Shown one piece after another: positions 39,904-50,415 of a DNA stretch of 64,000 bases. This DNA comes from an uncultured Gemmatimonadales bacterium (GTDB lineage Bacteria; Gemmatimonadota; Gemmatimonadetes; Gemmatimonadales; GWC2-71-9). A model generated the notes under the pieces. That model was not told the DNA's origin, made no database searches, and worked only from the letters and a program-made list of their open reading frames with translations. Location of the stretch: the NCBI GenBank assembly GCA_963771275.1, contig CAVYSW010000010.1, positions 160,001-224,000 of the forward strand, in the 5' to 3' direction. Position 1 is the first letter of the stretch. The number at the start of each line of letters is the position of its first letter. The position numbers and the translations under genes are program-made.

Positions 39904-41766
39904 ATGGATCTGTCCCAGTACGCCGAGCTGTTCCGGTCCGAGACCCGGGACCATCTCAACACGCTCAACCGGCTGCTCCTGGAATGGGAGCAACGGCCCG
40001 ACCACCCCGAGCCGGTGGCCGGGATCTTCCGCGCGGTCCACACGATCAAGGGGATGGCCGCGACGATGGGGTACGCCCGGGTGGCGGACCTCGCGCACCG
40101 CGCGGAGACCCTGCTGGATCTGCTGCGCCAGTCGCAGCGTCCGGTCGTGGATGCCGAGCTGGAGCTGCTGTTCCGGACGGCGGACGTGCTGGAGGAGCTG
40201 GTCGAGGCGTCGGTGAGTGGGCGCGACGCGACGGTGGACGTGATGCCGCTGCTGGAGGCGCTGCAGGAGGCCGCGCGCGGGCACGAGAAGCCGGAGGAGC
40301 CGGGCCGCGCGCGCCGCCGCATCTCGTTCGTGGCCGCGCCGGTCGGCGTCGGTCGCCGGGTGCTGGTCGTCCTGCGCGCGGATTCCCCGCTCATGGGGGC
40401 GCGCGCGCTGCTCGTGCTCAAGCGCATGGAGCGGCTCGGTCCGGTGATCGGTGTCGAGCCGGCTCCGGCGGCGATCGAGAGCGAGGGGTTCGACGGCCGA
40501 TTCACGTTCCGGGTCGACACGACGGAGGGTGTCGAGCGGATCACGGCCGAGATCCGCTCGGCGGGCGATGTCGAGCAGGTGGAGGTGGATGTGGGGGAGT
40601 CGACCCCCGACGCCGAGCGCGACCCGGGGCGCAGCCGGCATATCCGGGTCGACCTGCGGCGGCTCGACGTGCTGATGAACGTGATCGGCGAGCTGGTGAC
40701 GGCGCGTGGACGACTCGAGCACATCGGCGTTGCCAGGAGCGACCCGGAGTTGGGCGAGAGCGTGGCCGCGGTTTCGGCGCTGACGTCCCGGCTCCAATCG
40801 GAGATCATCCAGGCCCGCATGACGCCGGTCTGGCAGGTGTTCGACCGGTTTCCGCGCCTCGTGCGGGACCTCAGCCGCCAGCTCGGCAAGCAGGTGGTGT
40901 TCCGGGTGGAGGGCAAGGAGATCGAGCTGGACCGCGCGATTCTCGACGAGATCGGCGATCCGCTGGTGCACCTGCTGCGCAACGCGGTGGATCACGGCAT
41001 CGAGACGCCGGAGCGGCGGCTGGCCGCGGGGAAGCCGCCGGAGGGGACCATCGTGCTGGCCGCGCTCCGCGACCGCGGGACGATCGCCATCATGGTGTCG
41101 GACGACGGTCGCGGCATCGACCGGGAGAAGATCCTCGCGGAAGCCAAGCGCCGCGGCGTGGCCGAGGCCGGCGTCGCCGAGCTGACCGACGATCAGCTGC
41201 TCCGGTTGCTGGCCAGCGCGGGGTTCAGCACGGCCCAGCAGGTGTCCGAGGTCTCGGGGCGGGGGGTGGGCGTGGACGTCGTGGTGACGCGGATGCGCGA
41301 GCTCGGGGGCTCCGTCGAGGTCAAGAGCACGCCGGGGGCGGGCACGACCTTCACGCTGCGCCTGCCGCCGACCCTGGCGATCGTGCGGGCGCTGCTCGCG
41401 CGGGTCGGAGCGGAGCGCTACGCCCTGCCGCTCACGCACGTGGCGGAGACCGTCGAGCTTGGCAGCTGGGCGATGACGAGCCTCGACGGGCGGGACGCCC
41501 TGCTCGTGCGCGACGAAGTCTTGCCGCTCGTGCACCTGCGCGAGCTCCTCCAGGTGGATGGCGAGCCGCCGGTCCAGCGTCCGGTGGTGGTCCTGCAGGT
41601 CGGCGACCGGCGCACGGGACTGGTGATCGATCGGATGGAGGGACAGCGGGAAATCGTCGTGAAGGCGTTCGTGCCCCCGCGCGGAACCCTGCGGATCTTC
41701 AGCGGTGCAACAGTGCTCGGGGATGGCGAGCCGGTACTGATCCTGGATGCGGGCGGGCTGGTGTGA
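39904..41766 (+). CDS. cheA: Chemotaxis histidine kinase CheA
   Basis: Hpt FRAVHTIKG, P2-like region, IRVD, HLLRNAVDHG, DDGRG, GFST, SGRGVG, C-terminal CheW domain. Confidence 0.96.
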   Translation: MDLSQYAELFRSETRDHLNTLNRLLLEWEQRPDHPEPVAGIFRAVHTIKGMAATMGYARVADLAHRAETLLDLLRQSQRPVVDAELELLFRTADVLEELVEASVSGRDATVDVMPLLEALQEAARGHEKPEEPGRARRRISFVAAPVGVGRRVLVVLRADSPLMGARALLVLKRMERLGPVIGVEPAPAAIESEGFDGRFTFRVDTTEGVERITAEIRSAGDVEQVEVDVGESTPDAERDPGRSRHIRVDLRRLDVLMNVIGELVTARGRLEHIGVARSDPELGESVAAVSALTSRLQSEIIQARMTPVWQVFDRFPRLVRDLSRQLGKQVVFRVEGKEIELDRAILDEIGDPLVHLLRNAVDHGIETPERRLAAGKPPEGTIVLAALRDRGTIAIMVSDDGRGIDREKILAEAKRRGVAEAGVAELTDDQLLRLLASAGFSTAQQVSEVSGRGVGVDVVVTRMRELGGSVEVKSTPGAGTTFTLRLPPTLAIVRALLARVGAERYALPLTHVAETVELGSWAMTSLDGRDALLVRDEVLPLVHLRELLQVDGEPPVQRPVVVLQVGDRRTGLVIDRMEGQREIVVKAFVPPRGTLRIFSGATVLGDGEPVLILDAGGLV

Positions 41767-41799
41767 GGGGCGAGTCCGAGACGCGGGGGAGAGCGGCGC

Positions 41800-42420
41800 A
41801 TGGATGACGTGCGAGATCTGAAGGAGCTGCAGCTGGACGCGCTGAAGGAGGTCGCGAACATCGGCGCTGGCCATGCCGCGACCGCGCTGTCCCAGCTCAC
41901 GAGCCGGCGCATCATGATCAACGTGCCGCAGATCACCATCTCGCGGCTCGAGGACGTGCCGGAGACGATGGGCAACCCGGAGTCGGTGGTGGCCGCGGTG
42001 CTGATGCACGTGCTCGGCGATCTCACCGGGCGCACGCTCCTGCTGTTTCCGGAGGAGAACGCGCACCTGCTGTGCGATCTGCTGCTGCGGCGGACGCCCG
42101 GGACGACGCGCACCTTCGGGGAGCTGGAGCAGTCCGGCCTCAAGGAGGCGGGGAACATCCTTGCCGGCGCGTACCTGAACGCGCTCTCCGATTTCATGGG
42201 GATGCTACTGCTGCCGTCGGTGCCGAGCCTCGTGGTGGATCTGTCGGCGGCGGTGCTCACCACCACGTATCTCAACTTCGGGCAGGATCGCGACTTCGTG
42301 TTCTGCATCGACACGGACTTCCACTTCACCGAAGCGGACCGCCGCCTGCAGGGGCACTTTCTCCTGCTGCCGGACCTGGCGTCCCTCAAGGCCATCTTCG
42401 ACGCCATTCGCCTGACGTGA
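41800..42420 (+). CDS. cheC: CheY-P phosphatase CheC
   Basis: Two E-x2-N motifs: DALKEVANIGAGHAATALS and SGLKEAGNIL. Confidence 0.92.
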   Translation: MDDVRDLKELQLDALKEVANIGAGHAATALSQLTSRRIMINVPQITISRLEDVPETMGNPESVVAAVLMHVLGDLTGRTLLLFPEENAHLLCDLLLRRTPGTTRTFGELEQSGLKEAGNILAGAYLNALSDFMGMLLLPSVPSLVVDLSAAVLTTTYLNFGQDRDFVFCIDTDFHFTEADRRLQGHFLLLPDLASLKAIFDAIRLT

Positions 42421-42424
42421 CGTG

Positions 42425-45112
42425 ATGAACGCGCCGGCGCTCCCTTCCCAGGAGCGGGAGACCCTCCGCTCCTTCGCCCGCCGGATCGATCCCTCCGACC
42501 CCGGCGCGCACAACAATCTCGGCGTCCTCTATTATCAGAAGGGGCTGATCGACGAGGCGATCGAGTCGTTCGCCCGCGCGCTCGAGCTCGACCCGAAGAT
42601 GCTCATCGCGCGGCGCAACCTGGAGATCGCCTACAAGCAGACCGGCTACTACGACCGCCGGGTCGCCGAGCTGCAGGAGCGCCTGCGGGCCGATCCGGCC
42701 GATCGCGACGCCCGCTGGGAGCTCGGGCGCGCGTACGCCTCGCTGGGCCAGCACGACGCGGCCGCGCAGGAGTTTCAGGTCCTGGTGGATCGGAACCCCC
42801 AGGACCTGCCGGCGATCCTGCAAATTGGCCTGGCCGAGAAGCTGCGCGGGCGGCTCGAGCTCGCCACGGAGTGGTTCACCCGGGCGCGCGAGCTGGACGA
42901 CCAGAGCAGCGTGGTGCACTTCTACCTCGGCGAGACCCTGTACAACCGGGGACTGAACGCCGAAGCCCTGGCCGCGCTGGAGCGCGCCGTGGAGCTGAAC
43001 CCCGAGAACGCGGACGCGCACTATCTGCTGGCGTTCGTGTACGGCGATCTGCAGCGTGCCCAGGACGCGCGCGACGCCGCCGCCCGGGCCAAGCGTCTGA
43101 ACCCCACGCTGGGGCGGGCGCAAACCAATCTGTCGCTCGAGCGGTACGCCACGGCGCGCCGCGATGCCCCCGTGCGGGTGCCGCCGGCCCTGATGCCGGA
43201 GATCGCGGAAGGGCGGGCCCTGGCGCACTACAACCTCGGGCTCGCGTTCCGCCAGCAGGGCTACTACGCCGATGCGTTGCGTGAGTACCAGTTGGGGCTC
43301 GAGCGGGGCGAGGACCGGCGGCTCACGCTCCAGGCGATGGCGGAGGTGCAGTTGCTGCGGCGGGACTACCCGGCGGCGCGCGAGCTGTACGCCGGCCTGA
43401 CGGGCGAAGTGCCGGACGTGCCGAAGCTGTGGAACGAGTACGGCGTGGTGCTGCACCAGCTCGGTGAGCCCACCGAGGCGATCCGGGCGTACGGCCGCGC
43501 GCTGGATCTGGCGCCCGACTACGCGCTCGCGCGCAACAACCTCGCGGTCACGCTTGCCCATCAGGGCCGGCACGACGAGGCGGTCGAGGCCCTGCACGAC
43601 GCGCTCCGTGTCGGTCCGGAGCTCGCGGTCCCCCGGCTGAACCTCGGGCTGCTGCTGGCGCACCTGCGGCGCCACCAGCTCGGGCTGCAGGTCTACCGCC
43701 AGGTGCTGGATCTCGATCCCGCCTCCGCGCCGGCCTGGAACGGCATCGGCCTAGTGCTGAACGAGCTGGGGAGGGTGGCCGACGCGCGCAACGCGTTCGC
43801 GCGCGCGGTCGAGGCCGATCCCACCGCCGCCGAGGCGCACTACAACCTGAGCTTCGCGCTCTCCGCCCTGGGAGACTACGACGGCGCGTTGCGCGCGGTC
43901 ACACGGGCGCAGACACTCGATCCCTACTACGTCCCGCAGAAGTTCCGTCTCACCATCGACCTGCAATACGAGGACCCGACGATCGCGGTCGCGCCCGAGA
44001 TTTCGGCGGATGTCACCACAGATCTCGCGCCGCAGCCGCTCCAGTTCGATGCGGGAGTGCTCGACCAGATCTTCCGGGAGCTGGATCGGCCGTTACGGCG
44101 GCCGAGCACCGGACGGGTAACCGATCCGCTTGCCATGGCGCGGGACTACCTGTCGAAGGGCCTGCTGGAGCTCGCGGCCGCCGAGTGCAACCGCGCGGTG
44201 ACGCGGGGCGCCGACGAGACGGAGGCGCTGGCGCTGAGCGGGACGATCTTCGCGCGCCGGGGCCTGCACGGCGAGGCGCTTGAGCGGTTCCGCGCCGCCC
44301 GCGCGCGGGATGCGGAGCGGCACGACGCACGTCTCGGAGAGGGGCGCGCCCTGCTGGCGCTGGGGCGGGGGCGCGAGGCGTTGCCGGACGTGGAGCGCCT
44401 GGCGGCCGAAGCCGGCACGGACCCCGACGTGCTGATCGTCCTGGCCGAGGCGCGGCGCGCCGGGGGCGACCCCGGCGGTGCGCTGGAGGCGGTGCGGTGG
44501 GCGCGGGAGCGGGCGCCGGAGCGGGCCGACGTGCTCAAGCTCGAGGGCGACATCGCGTTCGGCCTGGGCGATCTCGGCGCGGCGCGCCACGCGTTCGAGG
44601 CGGCGGTGCGCCTCGATCCGCGCCTCGCGCAGGCGTTCGTGGCACTCGGCGCGGTCCACGAGCGGCGCGAGGACTGGCCGGCGGCGGAGGCCGCCTATCG
44701 CACGGCGCTGGACCGGCTGCCGACGTACAGCGAGGCGGCGGTGCTGCTCGCCCGGGTGCTGCGCCGCACCGGCCGGGCGCGCGTCGCGGTGAACCTGCTG
44801 GCGGACCTCCTGGGGAGCGATCCGTCGGACCTCGATGCGCTCCTCGCGCTGGCCCACGCGTTGGTGGACGACGGGCGCCTCGAGGCGGCGCTCCAGGCCT
44901 TCCACCGCGTGATGGCGCATGATCCCCAGCACGTCGCGGCGCACTTCTATGCGGGGGTCGCGCTGGCGCGGCTGCGCCGCTACAGTGAGGCGGTGCGCTG
45001 CTGGGAACGCGTCGTGGCGCTGGATCCGACCGGGCCCTACGCGCAGCGGGCGCGGCGGCACGCGCGGACGGCGCTGGACCTCAAGCACATCTTCCGGGTC
45101 GAGGCGGCCTGA
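42425..45112 (+). CDS. Large cytoplasmic TPR-repeat protein
   Basis: Many TPRs (AHNNLGVLY, VHFYLGETLY, AHYNLG, ARNNLA, AWNGIG); no signal peptide. Confidence 0.85.
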   Translation: MNAPALPSQERETLRSFARRIDPSDPGAHNNLGVLYYQKGLIDEAIESFARALELDPKMLIARRNLEIAYKQTGYYDRRVAELQERLRADPADRDARWELGRAYASLGQHDAAAQEFQVLVDRNPQDLPAILQIGLAEKLRGRLELATEWFTRARELDDQSSVVHFYLGETLYNRGLNAEALAALERAVELNPENADAHYLLAFVYGDLQRAQDARDAAARAKRLNPTLGRAQTNLSLERYATARRDAPVRVPPALMPEIAEGRALAHYNLGLAFRQQGYYADALREYQLGLERGEDRRLTLQAMAEVQLLRRDYPAARELYAGLTGEVPDVPKLWNEYGVVLHQLGEPTEAIRAYGRALDLAPDYALARNNLAVTLAHQGRHDEAVEALHDALRVGPELAVPRLNLGLLLAHLRRHQLGLQVYRQVLDLDPASAPAWNGIGLVLNELGRVADARNAFARAVEADPTAAEAHYNLSFALSALGDYDGALRAVTRAQTLDPYYVPQKFRLTIDLQYEDPTIAVAPEISADVTTDLAPQPLQFDAGVLDQIFRELDRPLRRPSTGRVTDPLAMARDYLSKGLLELAAAECNRAVTRGADETEALALSGTIFARRGLHGEALERFRAARARDAERHDARLGEGRALLALGRGREALPDVERLAAEAGTDPDVLIVLAEARRAGGDPGGALEAVRWARERAPERADVLKLEGDIAFGLGDLGAARHAFEAAVRLDPRLAQAFVALGAVHERREDWPAAEAAYRTALDRLPTYSEAAVLLARVLRRTGRARVAVNLLADLLGSDPSDLDALLALAHALVDDGRLEAALQAFHRVMAHDPQHVAAHFYAGVALARLRRYSEAVRCWERVVALDPTGPYAQRARRHARTALDLKHIFRVEAA

Positions 45113-45114
45113 GC

Positions 45115-46269
45115 ATGGCGATCGAGGGACCGCTCAAGGAGCTCGGACTGCACGACGTCTTCCACCTGCTCGACCTGAGCCGGAAGACGGGGGTGTTGCG
45201 CGTCACCTCGCCGCTGCGGCGGAACCAGGGAACGATCTACTTCGATCAGGGTGCCGTGGTCGCCGCCGAGATCCGCTCGAATCCGCACCCGCTGGGGGCG
45301 CTGCTGGTGCGCTCCGGGAAGATCACGGAGTCGGAGCTCGCGCGTGCGCGGGCGTGCCAGGAGGCGGGCGACACGCGGCGCCTCGGCGAGATCCTCGTCG
45401 AGCTGGGGGCCGTGGCGCAACGGGAGCTCGAGCGGCTCATCCGGATGCAGATCGAGGAGGTGGTCTTCGAGGTGATCGGTTGGCGCGAGGGCTACTTCTC
45501 GTTCGTCGAGGGCCCGCTCGGCGGTCTGCGGACCGAGGCGGGAATCCGGATCCCGACCGAGGCCCTGCTCATGGAGGGGGCGCGCCGGATCGACGAGTGG
45601 TCGCGGATCGAGCGGCAGGTGCCCCATCTTGGAGTCGTGCCGGCGCTGGCCACGGGAGCGGACCAGCGCGAGGCGGTGCTGGACCTCCGCCCGCCGGAAT
45701 GGGAAGTGCTGGCCCTGATCGACGGCACCCGTGACCTGCGCGAGATGGCGGCGGCCCTGGGGCGGTCGGAGTTCGACGTGGCCAAGACCGTGTTCGGCCT
45801 CTACAGCAGCGGCGTGGTGACGCTGCACGATCTCCGGCGGGCCGAGCTGGACGCGGCACGGCCGCAACGGGTCGAGGACACCCTGGCCGAGCTGGGCCGC
45901 CTGCTCGAAACGGGGGATGTCGAGACGGCGCGCCTCGAGGCGGAAGCGCTGGCGGCGGGCTACCCCAACGACCCGCGGACGCACCTCGTCGCCGCGCGGG
46001 TGCAGCTGGCCGCCGGGCGGGCGCGCGAGGCCGAGGCCGCAGCCCGACGCGCGCTGGGGCTCGACCCGGCCCTGGCGGATGCCCACCGGCTGCTCGGGGA
46101 CGCGCTGCTCGCGCAGGGACAATTCGGGGACGCCGCGGGGTGGTGGGAGCGCTGGCTCGCCCTGTCGCGCGAGGCGGGCGAGGATGGGCTCCTGCGCGGT
46201 CGCCTGACCAAGGCCCTGGCCGCCGCGCGCGCGCTGCAGGGCTACCTGAAGGAGCACCATGACGGATGA
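45115..46269 (+). CDS. DUF4388 (PATAN-like) + MshEN-like motif + TPR protein
   Basis: MAIEGPLKELGLHDVFHLL...KTGVL, W.EGYFSF, LLMEGARRIDEW; RLGEILVELG. Confidence 0.78.
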   Translation: MAIEGPLKELGLHDVFHLLDLSRKTGVLRVTSPLRRNQGTIYFDQGAVVAAEIRSNPHPLGALLVRSGKITESELARARACQEAGDTRRLGEILVELGAVAQRELERLIRMQIEEVVFEVIGWREGYFSFVEGPLGGLRTEAGIRIPTEALLMEGARRIDEWSRIERQVPHLGVVPALATGADQREAVLDLRPPEWEVLALIDGTRDLREMAAALGRSEFDVAKTVFGLYSSGVVTLHDLRRAELDAARPQRVEDTLAELGRLLETGDVETARLEAEALAAGYPNDPRTHLVAARVQLAAGRAREAEAAARRALGLDPALADAHRLLGDALLAQGQFGDAAGWWERWLALSREAGEDGLLRGRLTKALAAARALQGYLKEHHDG

Positions 46270-47053
46270 CATCCGGGCGCTGACCGCGGAGCTGGCGCGC
46301 GATCCGAACAGCCTGGCGTTCCTGCGGCTGGCGGAAGCGCTGCGGCTGCGGGAGCAGCTCGACGCGGCGGCGACGGTGGTGCGGGCCGGCCTCGAGCGTC
46401 ACCCCGATCGCGCCGACGCGCACGACCTCTATGCCCGGATCCTGGCCGATGCCGGGAGCGTCGACGCCGCGCGCGAGGCCTGGGAGCGGGCGTTCGTGCT
46501 GGACCCGCGGCACGTCGGCACGCTGAAGGGCCTGGCCTACCTGGCGTTTCGCGACGGCGACCTCGACGGCGCGCTCGACCGTCTGGAGAGCGCGTTGGGC
46601 GTGGATCCGACCGACGAGAGCGTGGTGCAGGCACTCCAGACGGTGCGGGAAGAGGCGGAGCGACGGCTCGCCGAGGAACGCATCCGTGCCGGGACCGACA
46701 TCTTCGCCGGCTTCGAAGGCGCGGAGCACGGGCTGCTCCTGGCGGACCGTCGCGGGCTCGTGCTCGGCGGAGCGCTGCGGAGCGTCACCGGCAGCGACGT
46801 GGCGGAGGAGGTGGCCGCGTACGTGGCCGGGGCCGCGCAGGAGGCCGAGCGCACGGCGCGGCTGCTGGAGCTCGGCGACTGGGGCGCAATCGTGGTCGAG
46901 GGGACGGCCGGCCACCTCCATCTGTCGGCACCGGCGCCGGACGCGCTGCTGCTGGTGAAGCGGGATCGTGCGGTGCCGGCGGGCCGCGTGGCGCTGCTGG
47001 CCCGGCGGGCGGCCGCGGCAGCCCGCGGCTGGCTCGAGGCGCAGCGCGGATGA
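46259..47053 (+). CDS. TPR + C-terminal roadblock/LC7-domain protein
   Basis: DPNSLAFLRLAEALR TPRs; GLLLADRRGLVL...LELGDW..IVVEG roadblock pattern. Confidence 0.7.
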   Translation: MTDDIRALTAELARDPNSLAFLRLAEALRLREQLDAAATVVRAGLERHPDRADAHDLYARILADAGSVDAAREAWERAFVLDPRHVGTLKGLAYLAFRDGDLDGALDRLESALGVDPTDESVVQALQTVREEAERRLAEERIRAGTDIFAGFEGAEHGLLLADRRGLVLGGALRSVTGSDVAEEVAAYVAGAAQEAERTARLLELGDWGAIVVEGTAGHLHLSAPAPDALLLVKRDRAVPAGRVALLARRAAAAARGWLEAQRG

Positions 47054-47400
47054 CGGCCCATCTGGTGCGAATCCTCGACCAGGTGACCCGGGTCCGCGGT
47101 GTGCGCGGCGCGCTGCTCGTCGCCGCCGAGGACGGGCTCGTCATCGCCGAGTCCCTGATGGAGGGTGTGCGTGGCAACGCGCTGGCAGCGCTCGCCGCCG
47201 CGCTGGCCAGCCGCCTGGAGCGCGCGGCGGCGGCGACCGGGGTCGGGAGCGCGACCTTCGTGCACCTCGAGGCGGCGCGCGGCGCCCTGCTGCTGGTGCC
47301 GGCCGGGCAAGGCGTGCTCCTCGTCACCATCGCGGACTCCGTGGTCAACGTCGGCCTGGCCCGCCTCGAGATGCTGCGCGCGGTGGCGGAGGTTGCATGA
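47050..47400 (+). CDS. Roadblock/LC7 protein (MglB/MglC-like)
   Basis: VRGVRGALLVAAEDGLVIA...ALAALAA...NVGLARLEM. Confidence 0.8.
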   Translation: MTAHLVRILDQVTRVRGVRGALLVAAEDGLVIAESLMEGVRGNALAALAAALASRLERAAAATGVGSATFVHLEAARGALLLVPAGQGVLLVTIADSVVNVGLARLEMLRAVAEVA

Positions 47401-47864
47401 GGCAGGCGCGGGTCATCGAGCCGTGGTTGCGGGCGCCGCTGGAGCGCTTCCTGGGCGAGACCGGCGCGCGGCTCGCGCTGCTGATGACCCCGGCCGGGCA
47501 GGTGCTGGCACAGTACGGCTTCGTCCGGGCCGTGGACGTGATGGCGGCGGCCGCGCTCGGGGCCGGCATTGCCGCCTCGACGGGTGAGATGGCGCGGATG
47601 CTCGAGGAGCGGAGCTTCCGGGCGCTGAATCACCAGAGCCCGCGGCATGGGATCTTCCTCGCGCAGTTCGACTCGCCGCGCGGCCCGCTGCTCGCGCTCG
47701 TCGTGTACGGTCCGGACTCATCGATCGGGCTGGTGCAGCTATTCTTCGAGGGGCTCGTGGGGGACCTCGCCGAGGCGGCGCCGCCGGCCCCCCGGGGAGC
47801 CCCCGTGCTGGCGGCGGACTTCGAGCGGGACCTGCACGACAGTCTCGCCACCCTGTTCCGGTAA
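47397..47864 (+). CDS. mglB: Roadblock protein, MglB-type GAP
   Basis: [38 protein letters not shown], acidic C-terminal helix; adjacent to mglA. Confidence 0.75.
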   Translation: MRQARVIEPWLRAPLERFLGETGARLALLMTPAGQVLAQYGFVRAVDVMAAAALGAGIAASTGEMARMLEERSFRALNHQSPRHGIFLAQFDSPRGPLLALVVYGPDSSIGLVQLFFEGLVGDLAEAAPPAPRGAPVLAADFERDLHDSLATLFR

Positions 47865-47869
47865 TCGCT

Positions 47870-48469
47870 ATGTCGCTCGTCAACTTCACGACCCGCGAAA
47901 TCACCTGCAAGATCGTCTACTACGGCCCGGGCCGCTCCGGGAAGACGACGAACCTGCAGTACATCTACGGACGGGTGCCCGAAGAGCGGCGGGGGCGGAT
48001 GGTCTCGCTGGCGACGCAGACGGACCGCACCCTGTTCTTCGACTTCCTGCCGCTCGAGCTGGGATCCATCTCGGGCTTCGCCACCCGGTTCCAGCTGTAC
48101 ACGGTGCCCGGTCAGGTCTACTACAACGCGACGCGCAAGCTCGTGCTGCAGGGCGCGGACGGTGTGGTGTTCGTGGGTGACAGCCAGGCCCGCCAGCTCG
48201 ATGAGAACCTGGAGAGCCTGCAGAACCTCCAGGTGAACCTGCTGGAGCACGGCATCGATGTGCGCGAGGTGCCGTACGTGCTCCAGTACAACAAGCAGGA
48301 CCTGCCGCGCGATCTCATCCTGACGCCGGAGGAGCTCGACGATCAGCTCAATTTCCGCGGGGTGCCGAGTTACGGTGCGGCGGCGGTGACCGGTCAGGGG
48401 GTGTTCGAGACGCTGCGCGCCATCTCGGAGCGGGTGCTGCGCAAGCTGAGCGAGGACGAACCCGGGTGA
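47870..48469 (+). CDS. mglA: Ras-like small GTPase MglA
   Basis: [53 protein letters not shown]. Confidence 0.93.
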   Translation: MSLVNFTTREITCKIVYYGPGRSGKTTNLQYIYGRVPEERRGRMVSLATQTDRTLFFDFLPLELGSISGFATRFQLYTVPGQVYYNATRKLVLQGADGVVFVGDSQARQLDENLESLQNLQVNLLEHGIDVREVPYVLQYNKQDLPRDLILTPEELDDQLNFRGVPSYGAAAVTGQGVFETLRAISERVLRKLSEDEPG

Positions 48470-50415
48470 CGGCAGAGCTGAACCCTCGGTTCACGTTCGA
48501 CGCGTTCATCGTCGGTCCGAGCAACCGGCTGGCGGTGGCGGCGGCGCGCACCGTGGCGGAGAGCCCGGGCACCGCCTACAACCCGCTGTTCATCTACAGC
48601 GCGAGCGGCCTGGGGAAGACCCACCTGCTCATGGCGGTCGGCACGCATGCGCGATCGCTCTCCCCCACGCTGTCGGTCGCGTACCTCACGCTCGAGGAAT
48701 TCGTCGAGGCGTTTCACGCCGCAGTCGCGGCCGGCCAAGGGGAGGCGTTCGGCCGCCGCTTCGACGCGGTGGACATCGTGCTGATCGATGACGTGCAGTT
48801 CCTGACGACCCGGCTCGAGACGCAGGCGGAGCTGCTGCGTCTCGTCACGCAGCAGCTCGAGGCGGGGCACCAGGTGGTGCTGTCCAGCGACCGCCCGCCG
48901 CAGGAGATCGAGCAGCTCGACGAGCGGCTCATCTCGCGCTTCGCGGGCGGCCTGGTGGTGGACATCGGACCGCCGGAGTTCGAGACGCGGCTCGCGATCC
49001 TGCGCCGCAAGGCGGAGGAGCGCGGCGTCGATTTCGAGCGGGCGATTCTGTCGGCGGTCGCGGCGTTCGAGGCGCGCAACGTGCGCGAGCTGTTGGGTCT
49101 GTTGAACCGGCTCATCGCGTTCCAGGCCGTGAATGAGGGCACGTTGACCACCGAGGGCGTGCGCACGCTGCTGGGTCTGGAGGAGACGGAGCCGCCCGTC
49201 GAGCCGACCGAGCCGGTGGCGCCGGGCGCGGCGGACGAGTTCGCCGAGTTCGTGTCGACGGTCGGGGCGGCGCTCGCGCAGCAGATGGACTCGTGGCGCC
49301 GCCGGCTGCACGAGGCCCGGGCGTATTGGGAGGGTCGGGGGTACCGGGTACAGCGGATCACCGGTCCGCTCGAGCAGGACACGCCCGTCGGGGCCGAGGT
49401 GCTGATCAAGCAGTTCGAGGAGGACGTGGAGCGCCTGCAGGCACTCGAGCAGGAGATGACGCTGCTCGAGCCGGCGCGGGCGGGCGACCCGGTGTTCCGC
49501 GATCCGGATCGGGTGGCGGATGCCGAGGCGCTGGTGCACGCGGCCAAGGAGGGGCTGGCACCGCCTCCCGGGCCCTCCGCGGCGTGGGCATTCGAGGACT
49601 TCGTGGGCACCGGGTCGAACCAGCTCGCCCTCACCGCCGCCCGCGCGGTGGCCGAGCAGCCGGGTACGATGTACAACCCGCTCGTCGTGATCGGATCCAC
49701 GGGCCTCGGCAAGACCCACCTGCTGCACGGCATCGGGCACGCGCTCTCCGCCGCCCCGGGCTCCCTGGTGGCGTGCCTGTCCGCCCAGGACTTCCTCGAC
49801 GAGCTGGTGCAGGCGATGGAGCGCCACCGGGTCGATGCATGGCGCTCGCGGTATCGCCGGGCCACGGCGTTCCTGCTGGACGACATCCACCTGCTGGCGC
49901 ACAAGGAGCAGTCGCAGGAAGAGCTGTTCCATCTGTTCAACGCGCTGCTCGACACGCAGCGGCAGCTGGTGTTCACGGCCAACGTGCCGCCGCGCGAGCT
50001 GGAGGGCATCGACGACCGGCTCGTGACGCGACTCGGTGGTGGCCTGGTGACCGAGCTGCAGCCGCCCGACCGGGAGCTGCGGCTGGCGGTCGTGACGCGC
50101 GAGCTCAAGGGCCGGCAGGGCGAGGTGGATCCCGATCTCGCGGCCTACCTCGCCGATCGGCCGGCGACGTCGCTCCGCACCGTGACGGGGACGGTCCAGC
50201 GCGTCGTGGGCGAAGCCGAGCTGCAGGGGGTGTCGCCGTCGGTGGCCCAGGCCCGCGCCCTGCTCGAGGGGACGCCCGAGCCGGCGCGCCGCGCGACGCC
50301 GCGGCTCCGGACGAGCGGCATCGTGGTCTCCCCGAGCGGCGGCGTGCGCAGCCGGGAGAAAGTGATCTGGCGGTGGCCCAACATCACCGACCGGATCATC
50401 GAGGACGTCGGCTGA
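48466..50415 (+). CDS. Tandem DnaA/Hda-type AAA+ protein lacking DnaA domains I and IV
   Basis: Two copies of F..F..G.SN.LA..AA..VAE.PG..YNPL...GLGKTHLL plus Walker B (IDDVQFL / LDDIHLL); no RDHTTV DNA-binding signature. Confidence 0.85.
   Translation: MTAELNPRFTFDAFIVGPSNRLAVAAARTVAESPGTAYNPLFIYSASGLGKTHLLMAVGTHARSLSPTLSVAYLTLEEFVEAFHAAVAAGQGEAFGRRFDAVDIVLIDDVQFLTTRLETQAELLRLVTQQLEAGHQVVLSSDRPPQEIEQLDERLISRFAGGLVVDIGPPEFETRLAILRRKAEERGVDFERAILSAVAAFEARNVRELLGLLNRLIAFQAVNEGTLTTEGVRTLLGLEETEPPVEPTEPVAPGAADEFAEFVSTVGAALAQQMDSWRRRLHEARAYWEGRGYRVQRITGPLEQDTPVGAEVLIKQFEEDVERLQALEQEMTLLEPARAGDPVFRDPDRVADAEALVHAAKEGLAPPPGPSAAWAFEDFVGTGSNQLALTAARAVAEQPGTMYNPLVVIGSTGLGKTHLLHGIGHALSAAPGSLVACLSAQDFLDELVQAMERHRVDAWRSRYRRATAFLLDDIHLLAHKEQSQEELFHLFNALLDTQRQLVFTANVPPRELEGIDDRLVTRLGGGLVTELQPPDRELRLAVVTRELKGRQGEVDPDLAAYLADRPATSLRTVTGTVQRVVGEAELQGVSPSVAQARALLEGTPEPARRATPRLRTSGIVVSPSGGVRSREKVIWRWPNITDRIIEDVG

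Noticed and set aside
37960..42066. 1368-aa minus-strand ORF, and similar long ones (33643..36534, 50145..52160, 60150..62345, 5007..6722)
   Set aside because: Antisense shadows of well-supported + strand genes; biased composition with no motifs, as expected in GC-rich DNA
48466..50415. Calling this gene dnaA or the region oriC
   Set aside because: No domain I or IV, no dnaN/gyrB context, no AT-rich intergenic region or DnaA-box cluster seen
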